DNA from: Octopus sinensis
Lineage: Eukaryota
Direction of reading: 5' to 3'
Assembly (NCBI RefSeq): GCF_006345805.1
Contig: NC_043006.1
Coordinates: 12,090,001 to 12,154,000, forward strand
DNA length: 64,000 nt
Under the pieces are notes generated by a model. That model made no database searches, was not told the DNA's origin, and worked only from the letters and a program-made list of their open reading frames with translations. Positions 53,953 to 64,000 of this stretch are shown here, one piece after another. A program made the position numbers and the translations under genes. Every line of letters begins with the position of its first letter. The first letter of the stretch is position 1.

Positions 53953-54424
53953 CTTGGTTGTTTTGGTAACTGCTGTCGTTGTTTCCGCTGTTATCCTCGG
54001 GTTTTTTTGTAGTAATCCTCGTCGTCTTCATCGTCAACGTCGTTGTTTATATCATTCCTGTTTAACATTTCATTAATGAACTTCTTCGATTTAACTCCTA
54101 CACATTCTTTCTCATATTTATCCTAATAATCTTTAGGGGAATTTTATAAAATTTACTTTCTGCTCGATGAAATAAAATTTGCAAAAAGCAGCAAAATGCT
54201 TCAGTGTTGGCGCCCCCGCCCCACTGCAATAGCACCTTCCCACCACTCCTCCCTCATCCAGCTTCAAACTTGTCTACGGTAGGGCTCATTATTCCATGAG
54301 ACACTGAAATATTTTTTATTCCCTCTCTCTCCCTCGAGCATGTTCTTAACAATCATAAAGAAAGTTTTGTTGGAGATTTTATGGGATATAATGCCACTCT
54401 ACTAGCTGTAGTAGTGTGATCTGC

Positions 54425-54593
54425 ATTATTATTATTATTATTACTATTATTATTATTATAATTATTACTATTATTACTATTATTACTATTATTATTATTA
54501 TAATTATTACTATTATTACTATTATTATTATTATTACTATTATTATTATTATTATTATTGTTATTATTATTATTATCATTATTATTATTATTA

Positions 54594-54625
<32 letters not shown>

Positions 54626-54650
54626 GTTATTGTTATTATTATTATTATCA

Positions 54651-54685
<35 letters not shown>

Positions 54686-54702
54686 GTTATTATTATTATT
54701 AT
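54425..54702. repeat. (ATT)n microsatellite
   Basis: Directly visible. Confidence 0.95.
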
Positions 54703-54744
54703 CCTTATTAATAGTTGCTTTTATAGTAGTAATAGTAATAATAA

Positions 54745-55097
<353 letters not shown>

Positions 55098-55406
55098 TTC
55101 TATGGAGTTTGAATAATTCACCTCTGGAAACATAGGTGTTTCGTTCAACATCCTTAAACAACCCTTATTCAAGGACCTTTTGAGCGGGATGGGTTACTCG
55201 ATCAGAAGAATATTCTATTCTAACTGGGCCTCACCTGCAAGGTCATGTGCTGTTTATCTTCATATGAGATCACCATGTCGCACATATATGGTTGTGATGC
55301 ATGTGCCTGGTGTACCCTTATCAGACGGGTCGTCATGATGGGTGTACTGGGCTTCGTATATCTTACCCCAGCGTCACTTTGATGGCATGAACTGCTCTCT
55401 CACTCA
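55098..55406 (+). mobile_element. Family D element, shorter (5'-truncated) copy in (AAT)n
   Basis: Reverse complement of ~41331-41640. Confidence 0.65.
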
Positions 55407-56310
55407 ATAATAATAATAATAATTTAGGCGCGAGACCAGCAATTTGAGGAGAAGCTTTAGTCGATTCCATAATTAATCCACTACTTGACTGGTACTTTAT
55501 TTAAGAACACCTTCTTACCATGTACTTGCCAATATAGCAATAATTTATCACCATGCAGGTCCTTGAAGTTGCTGTTTCCAAGGTTGCAACTGATGGTACA
55601 CTCTACCATCACCTGCCGTCATTCGCTACTGTTACAATTTTTCCGTTTTCGCTTCTCCAGTTCTTCTTCATAGAAAAGCCTTGCTCCATCATCTATAGTA
55701 GCTAGGCTGCTCACTCATCAAAGGCACGCCGTAAGGTCTTTCCCTCATAAAGTACAGAACAAAATTGCGAATTAGATTTGCTGATTTAAGGGAGCCCTGC
55801 AGACTTCTATATCCATAAATTCCGTACCTGAAGTTATATTGCTAAAAGTTGCACCAGCGATAGCCACTCGCCCATATCTTGCCAGAGGTCAGTCTTGACA
55901 TTAATATATTTAGTAGCGACGCTCATTTTCTGGGCAAGGGTGTGACACTCTGTTCCACCTATCCCTTCGCCCAATCCTCAATTTCCGAAACAACGCATGT
56001 CAGTAACGGCTGCTTCTTTTTCTTTGTAACAAGTAAAGGAAGTTCCTGTATCATTTCCCTTGTGCAACCAAAGATTAGAAAAAAAAAACTCACGTTCATT
56101 TGTTATAAAATAGAAGACACTACTCAAAAGAAAAAAAAAGGTACACGAGAATGTGCAAATACTTTCGTGAAGCTACGAAAATTTGTTACAAAACGCAACA
56201 TGTTCCGAAAAGTGAAAGTAGCTCAATTTCAAACGGAACGCGCATCGAATATAGAACAAGGCATGTAGCTACATATAAAACAATAACCTACAATAAACCA
56301 ATGACACTAA

Positions 56311-56706
56311 TCTTTATATATAAAAGTGAAGTTGTGTGTCTGTCTCCTGCGATTTAGATTCCTAACTACTCCCACATTTTGCGGTGCAGTTTAACCAAAA
56401 CCGGGTATCTTATATTCGTGATTCATATCGAGCCCTTCTGGGTATTAGCGCGCGTCTACGATGAGTCTACGATTTTAAAAAATAATTTACCATCATTTTT
56501 TTCCATTTTCATGCATATTTTTTCGCTATTACATAAGGGAAGTAACTCTCTAAAAATGTCTATTATGAGTTAACGATTTAAAAAAAATTTACCATCATTT
56601 TTTTCCCATTTTTAATGCATTTTTTGCTATTTTTGGCTATAACTCTAAAAATGCTTATATAGTTATTTCCCTTACAAACCCGAGCAACGCCGGGCAATAC
56701 TGCTAG
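56311..56706 (+). mobile_element. Non-autonomous Helitron, full length
   Basis: A|TCTTTATATATAAAAG...cccgagcaacgccggg..CTAG|T, with an internal ~50-bp duplication. Confidence 0.9.
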
Positions 56707-57298
56707 TAAAATATAAGGCGATACTGCTAGTAAAATATAACACATAAGCTTCACAAAAGAGACGACTGGACATAAACTTTACAACCCCCTTGTTACTACT
56801 TGTCTTGCCGTATAGCGATTGCGACGAAGATAGTGAAAATGTAAGGGAAACGAACGTACATGAAGCAAATAAAGCAACATAATAGTCTATACAAAAAAAT
56901 AAGTTGCAGGCAAAAAGACTAAAATTAAGAACGATAAAGAAGGAAAATAGAAACCCCCGAAGAACATTCATTCTAATAGTCACAACAATATATATGCACT
57001 CAATTACACATATGACAACAAGTGGAATAAAACCCATGTCGCAACAGAAGAGATATAATTATCAGCGAGCAGAACTTAACAGAAACAGTTATTGAATTAC
57101 AAAATCACCGAACGCAAATACAAACCACAAGCGATCTCATTTTAACGTAACAGATATTTTTCTTTTGAAAATTGATATTGATTTCATTAGAGTTTATAAC
57201 CTCAAGGAAATTTGGTAGAAGTTTGGTTATAATGATTATATATATGCTATACTTCCTAATGTAACTGAAGTTGGTGAAAATATACTTATATGGTACCT

Positions 57299-57712
57299 AT
57301 TTCTTTACTGCCCACAAGGGGCTAAACATAGAGGGGACAAACAAGGACAGACAAACGGATTAAGTCGATTACATCGACCCCAGTGCATAACTGGTACTTA
57401 ATTTATCGACGCCGAAAGGATGAAAGGCAAAGTCGACCTCGGCGGAATTTGAACTCAGAACGTAATGGCAGACGAAATAGCTATTTCTTTATTACCCACA
57501 AGGGGCTAAACACAGAGGGGACAAACAAGGACAGACATAGGTATTAAGTCGAGTACATCGACCCCAGTGCGTAACTGGTACTTAATTTATCGACCCCGAA
57601 AGGATGAAAGGCAAAGTCGACCTCGGCGGAATTTGAACTCACAACGTAATGCAGACGAAATACCGCTAAGCATTTCGCCCGGCGTGCTAACGGTTCTGCC
57701 AGCTCGACGCCT
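57299..57712 (-). mobile_element. SINE family A dimer
   Basis: TSD tatacttatatggtacc / tatacttttatggtacc. Confidence 0.9.
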
Positions 57713-58923
57713 TATATACTTTTATGGTACCAGTCCAGTGACGAGTAAGACTCTAGCAATCGTTATGAGAAATACATGCCCTTATTTATTTCCAAGACAT
57801 TTCTAACTGGATAATCATAGGATCAACAGCGTTTAGACGGGATAATTTCTTCCGTATTTGAAGTAGAATCTAGTCAGAATTATATATTATCGTGGATAGA
57901 GCTTCCTTCTACTTTTACATCGGCAGTGTGAGATTTGAGGTAAGACCCTATAGACTATTTTACTCTAGTGAAACCCCGTAGCCTCTCAATATTTACAACT
58001 ATTTTTATGGCTACTTCTTTCAAAATTCTATTTTGCATTTCAAGCATGTGTAGGTCGAATATCTAAATCAATTTTTTTTTTTCACAGACCTTTAGTATGC
58101 TACTGAACGTCCCCAATTTACTAATCTGCTTGCGTGAACCGCCAAAAATCTTATATAGATCCCTAGGAGTCATATTCACTCCGACTGAGAACCACTGCTA
58201 TACACGCTCAGTTTTCGCTTCGAAATGTAGGTACATTATCTTCCTTGAGCATAATGTATCACGCATTATTATTCTGGAAAGAACTGAGATATAAATAAAG
58301 TATTAAAATTTTTAAAAGAAAGTTTAATGAACACCATTAAAGTTCCTTCTACAAAAGTTTATCTTTTTCATTCTTACACTGCTTGTCTTCTATATTAACC
58401 CGAAACATAAAATATTTCCAAGTAAGTAACTCGGGGTGGGTATTCAATATTTCCTCCACCTTTTTTAATATGATACTTAAGATTAACATCAGACAATTAT
58501 TTTTCATTTATCTCAAAGTTTTATAGTTGTTTCAGTGTTTCAGAAGCCATTTCATCTTTCAGAGACGTTTTAGTATTGATCACAGCATTGAATCCAAAGA
58601 ATAATTTTGACTTTGATTTTATTTCAGTCACTGATCGTAATTTTCAAGTGTTTATCTGATCTCTTTTGCAAGCTGCACTTTTTCTTATTGCTATATTCAA
58701 AGATACTTTAATTCCTAATATAATCAGGCATTCTTCTGAATAGAGAAAATACATTTCAAGAGGCGTTATTTATTTTTTCACATTAACGCTCCGCAAATTT
58801 TGCAAGTACAAGGATATTGCAGTCGTTGCAAAATATTGATTGCTTTTTTATCCTGCACAATGGTAAATGCCTTTAGGAAATGGTTATATTAGATTCCATC
58901 GAAACTCTATTATATGACTGATA

Positions 58924-59318
58924 TCTTTATATATAAAAGTGAAGTTGTGTGTCTGTCTCCTACGATTTAGATTCCTAACTACCCCCACATTTTGCGGTGC
59001 AGTGTAACCAAAAGCGGGTACCTTATAGTCGTGATTCATATCGAGCCCTTCAGGGTATTAGCGCGCGTCTACGATGAGTCTACGATTAAAAACATAATTA
59101 CCATCATTTTTCCCCATTTTTAATGCATTTTTTTTGCTATTATATAAGGGAAGTAACTCTCTAAAAATGTATTATTAAATCTCAGAACGTAAAAAGCTAC
59201 AGTAACACCCCCCTTTGTGGTTAGCCATATTGAGATGGCTATTATACTTTACATCTCTAAAAATGCTTATATAGTTATTTCCCTTACACACCCGAGCAAC
59301 GCCGGGCGATACTGCTAG
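58924..59318 (+). mobile_element. Non-autonomous Helitron, full length
   Basis: A|TC...hairpin 59291-59306, CTAG at 59315-59318|T. Confidence 0.9.
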
Positions 59319-59350
59319 TATACTTATAAAATATCTGAGGGTTGAATTAA

Positions 59351-59555
59351 GGCCGCAAGATGGGAGAAATATTAGCGCGACGGGCAAAATCCTGCGCGGC
59401 ACTTCACGTTCTGAGTTCAAATTCCACCGAAGCCAACTTTACTTTTTACTCTCTCAAGGTCGATAAAATAAGTGCCAGTTGAAAACTCGGTCGATGTAGT
59501 TGAATTAGCCCCTCCACTAAACCTGTTGGCTCTGTGCCAAGATTTGAAACCAATA
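59351..59555 (+). mobile_element. Old SINE family A, type-2 tail
   Basis: cgttctgagttcaaattcc..tgtgccaagatttgaaaccaatatt. Confidence 0.7.
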
Positions 59556-60079
59556 TTTGATGGTGAATCTGAAAGTGCGATACTTTTGAAATAAGTATTG
59601 TAATTCCATTGGTGTTTTATCGTTTTCCGATCTTCTACATAAAAAAAGTTTCGGAAATAACGGTATAGTTTCAAAGAAAAGTAACATTTTCCATGAGATA
59701 TTCGTGCATTATTGGATTTCCTGCTGGAAGTTATGTAAAATGACTTCAAATGTGGGTTGAAAAATGTTACTCGAATAATTATAATTGTGTACTGTAAGAA
59801 CGTGTCTCGTATTCACTTGCTGTTATTCCTCGCTGTGTTTTTGCGTGTGTTTGCGTGTATTATGCATGTTTATATGTTTATGTTGCACGCTAACATCTAT
59901 GTCACCTTTAAATGCATATCATGGGACGAGGGTCGTATTTCATTAATGTTTGCTAAAAAAGTGTATAATATTGAAAACATTGTAGATAAGGTAATTACAA
60001 ACCTTAACTAATGCGGAAGTTTGTAATAGGCTATGTAAGAGGTCTATGGCAGTGCTATGTTATGGATAGCGTAGTAAAG

Positions 60080-60293
60080 CCACAAGCTGATAGAATCGTC
60101 AACGCGAAGGGAAAAATGCTGAGCGGCATTTCATCCATCTTTACATTCTGAGTTCAAATTCTACCGGGGTCGATTTTGCATTTTATTCTTTCGCGGTTGA
60201 TCAAATACGTACCAGTTGACCACTGGGATCAATTTAATTGATTTAGCACCTCCCCCAACCTGCTGGACTTGCGGCAAAATTTGAAACCAATAT
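60080..60293 (+). mobile_element. Old SINE family A, type-2 tail
   Basis: Same motifs as the 59351 copy. Confidence 0.7.
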
Positions 60294-61182
60294 TTGCAGC
60301 GCAGTAACAAAGGATTAAATACAATAAATGGAAATGAAGTATTTAACAGTTTTGCTTCTCAATCTGCAATATTTATCTCATGGTATCAATGGTCAACGCC
60401 CTTCTTCGACTCGTTCTTTATATTTTTAGTCTAGCATCGGATATGTGAATGCTACTTGCAACTCTTCAAATCATTGACATGACATTTAAATCTGGAATGT
60501 ATTTAATCTAATTCTGAGCTTTGATAACTATAGCATCATAAAATTAAAGAAACAGTATGTTAACAATTGAAAAATAGCTTTCTTAGTGATTCGGGTTTTA
60601 GTAACTAGAAAGCTTAATTCTCGAGCTAAATTTCTTGGTATTTTATAAGATAATATCAGATTTTAAGCACTAAAGCAAGCTAATAACATGTTTTCTCGGT
60701 AATATTGAAAGATATTTTCACTCAAAAAGAAAGTGATGTGAAATAGTAGGAATGATAAAACAATTAATTACATTTAATAATTATGTCTGTCTAAATTCTG
60801 TACTAAAATAGTACGCTTGCAATCTTATTCCATCTTCGGAGTTGATACGATAAGCTATGATAACACACTTGGATAAGTTAAATTAATTCTATCTTATCGT
60901 GCATCGATGTTATTTGTCCAAAGTATAACAAGGCGAATGCATTGAATGATAAAGATACATAGAGTTTGTAGATAGATATGAAAGCTATTTAAAAGGGGTG
61001 ATATTTGGTAAAACACTGGTACTTATAAAAAAAATAGGATTGCTTGAAAATAACTGAAGATCAGATAATACTTGTATATTCAGAGATTTTATTCTTTGTG
61101 GCCCTTTGAGAATCCTTTAGACAGTACTGCTGTTCCTCTTATATTTTCGAAGCCTTGCATTTAATGATATGTAAAATTACGG

Positions 61183-61364
61183 TATTTCGTCTGCCGTTAC
61201 GTTCTGAGATTAAATTCCGCCGAGGTCGACTTTGCCTTTCATCTTTTCGTGGTCGATAAATAAGGTACCATTTACGCACTAGGGTTGATGTAATCGACTT
61301 AACCCCTTTGTCTGTCCTTGTTTGTCTCCTCTATGTTTAGCTCCTTGTGGGCAATAAAGAAAGA
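61183..61364 (+). mobile_element. Headless single body unit of SINE family A
   Basis: Perfect 17-bp TSD gatatgtaaaattacgg at 61166-61182 and 61365-61381. Confidence 0.9.
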
Positions 61365-61388
61365 GATATGTAAAATTACGGGCATAAT

Positions 61389-61599
61389 ATTGATTTCAAA
61401 CTTCGGCACGTCACCAACAATTTTAGGAGAGGGTTTAAGTCGATGACATCTATCACAAGCCCTCAAGTGCTACTTGTTTCATCGAAAGGATGAAATGGAA
61501 ATTTGACCTCGGAGAAATTTGAACTCAGAACGTAAAAACGGACAAAATGCCGCTAAGCATTTTTGCCCGGCATGCTAACGATTCTGTCAGTTCGCCACC
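61389..61599 (-). mobile_element. SINE family A, type-2 tail
   Basis: Head and body homology. Confidence 0.75.
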
Positions 61600-62400
61600 T
61601 TAATTATAGCATAGTATTAGTTGTAGTTATTACCACCAAATTTGCACTAGCGTAAAAACATTCCGTATTGATTTGGGAAATTATATGAGCTATTCGTGTT
61701 TTCACATACATAATTTTCAGTAGTTAATATTCTGACTTGTCTTCCCCGCTTTGCCATTTAATAATAACAAATAACATTGAACAACAGTTGAGTTTTTCTT
61801 CATTTTTAATATATATTTTTTATTTATAACTTAATTAACTCTATGCCCACACGTACTTACATAGAAGCATGGTTATGTATATATATTTATATATGTCTAT
61901 ATATGAGTATATATGCATATTACACTCACACACACGCACACAACGCACACACTAAAAAGCAAATGCACACATATACTTACATGCACAGATACACACACAT
62001 ATGTAAATATGTATGTATCTGTGCACGGAAAAATGTTTGAACTTCGGCTTTTTTTTATATTGAAATAGAATCATGAGGGCTACATTAAATGTATGAGATA
62101 TTTATATATAGTCATCTATTCGAGCAAATCTCCATTCAGAAACATGAAAGAGATCTGATATGAGCTTTTATAAAAATAGGAAATTATTAAGAAAAATATA
62201 CAAAATTATCTATTTTGGAATCAAGTTTATATTAATACAATGAAATGTCCATTCATAACTTGAGTAGATAGTATGAGAGATTTTCTCTCGGTAAAATTAA
62301 GGACTTAAAAATAAATGAAAAAGTAAATTATATCTATGTATATCAGCAGAGATGATGTTCAATTTCTACACTACCTCACCCTTTTCTCCTCTTCTGTATG

Positions 62401-62485
<85 letters not shown>

Positions 62486-63262
62486 ATGTGTGTGTGTATG
62501 TGTGTGTTATCGGGCCGGAAAAAGAATCAACCATGCGATATAGTATAGTGTTGAAAATAGAGATTTAAAAATACGCGTTTTTGAGATTGGTTAAATAGAC
62601 ACAGGAAATTAATGAGTATTTCCAAAATTTTCTTAAATACTAAAATTTTAAACGCATCATGTTTCTCAATGGCATACGAGATAATAAAGCACACAATTTA
62701 AATACCTAATTATCGTCCATAATTATATTTATTTCTCAAACATTAAAAATAGATTTAATTCAAAGATATTACGTTCACTTTACAAAGCAGATAATTTACT
62801 TTTAGCGATATATAAATTTAATTTCTTTCTGCCTATTAAATTATAAATATTTGTGACAATTGAAAGTGTAATACTCCAAAATATTCAATTACAATTTTTT
62901 AACAAATCGAATATTTAATATATCATAACAAATTAGTTATGGTAAATTCTGAGTCGAGAAAATTTTTCACATATATTCTGAAATACTTTTAATAAAATTG
63001 TCTCGAAATTACATACTAAAATAATGATTTATAATTCTCCACATATTCAAAATTGCTGTTACGCCTGTATTAACACATTTCATTCAAAATTTTGCGATTA
63101 AGATAATATTTTAAAAATTATTCTTTGCTTGCAAGCAACCAATTACAGGTGAAAATGAGTGATTTTGTTTTTTTCTTTTGAAATCTCATATAGTTAATAT
63201 ATCGCACTGAAATATTAAAAAAAAAACGCGAAAAACTGAAAAAAAATACAATTTCGAGATTG

Positions 63263-63347
63263 TCAAACCTGGTAATTCAGATCTCTTTATGACACGATAT
63301 ATCCAACAATGTGGCACTTACCTGCAAAGAGAGAAAATAAACATTAG
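63263..63347 (-). promoter_or_regulatory. Candidate recursive splice site (3'SS abutting 5'SS) with a 53-nt cryptic RS-exon
   Basis: Minus strand reads CTAATG-TTTATTTTCTCTCTTTG-CAG|GTAAGT (junction 63322/63321). Downstream donor CAG|GTTTGA at 63269/63268. Confidence 0.65.
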
Positions 63348-63527
63348 GAAGACATACAGAAGCAACAATTTATAGATACATAATGTGATACAATGATAGA
63401 ACACACAGAATGGAGTGAATGGAAGTATTTTAAGAGATTTCTTAATTTACGTAGACTTTCAATCACATCACTCGTTATTTGCACATATACAGACACACAT
63501 ACATCCAATACACTCATGGGCTCCCTA

Positions 63528-63572
<45 letters not shown>

Positions 63573-64000
63573 AAAATAGTAAAGAGTGAAAAAACGACAG
63601 AAGGCTTAAATGTTAAAAAATATATATATTTGTGTCAAAATGTCTGGAGAATATTGGAAAAATTTTTTTCCTTTCCTTAAAATGGCATAATTTTAAAATT
63701 TTTAAAGAAATTACCGGTTCCGCGTGTAGCTTTTCAAATTTCTTGTGACGTTATGTTTATATTGCATGGAGTTATCGTTGTGTTCATTTTTAGGAGATTT
63801 CTAAATAAGGGGATGTAGTGAGTGATTTCTTCCGGTGTAAGGGAGATAATCGCTTAGAAATTTTTTTTCCCTTTTCCCTTGTTAATTTCTCTGTGTCAGT
63901 ATGTTCGGATGGTTGAGTCTGGGTTTGTACTTTTCAATGAAGAATGTTTCCTTGTTCAGTCTCATTTGTGTTGATGATCCGAAAGCACATTGGTAAATTG

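Noticed and set aside
55600-55900. Possible RTE-LINE C-terminal remnant (GARLFYEEELEKRKRK, minus strand)
   Set aside because: A single short motif with no collinear support.

Overview
AT-rich, microsatellite-saturated, repeat-dense eukaryotic DNA. The repeat families resemble octopod cephalopod repeats (Octopus is my inference). There is a 100-N scaffold gap at 34495-34594. I can support no intact host protein-coding exon, and almost all listed ORFs are microsatellite or SINE artefacts. The window holds dozens of tRNA-derived SINEs from at least 3 families, a 5'-truncated CR1-like LINE with a fold-back palindrome at its 5' end, one or two decayed R4/Dong-type LINEs, a Chapaev3-like transposase relic, several non-autonomous Helitrons, and short Penelope-like/partial-tandem elements. 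The most notable observations are: (1) a recursive-splice-site signature on the minus strand (branch point, polypyrimidine tract, CAG|GTAAGT) followed by a 53-nt cryptic exon closed in all frames, suggesting the window lies in a giant intron; (2) a dispersed ~170-bp element carrying a minimal hammerhead-ribozyme-like fold with a variant core; (3) a SINE that appears to insert at GGTA sites, including inside its own family; and (4) a SINE-mediated micro-inversion, supported by an inverted TSD. Coordinates were read by eye, and the ends of diverged elements are approximate.
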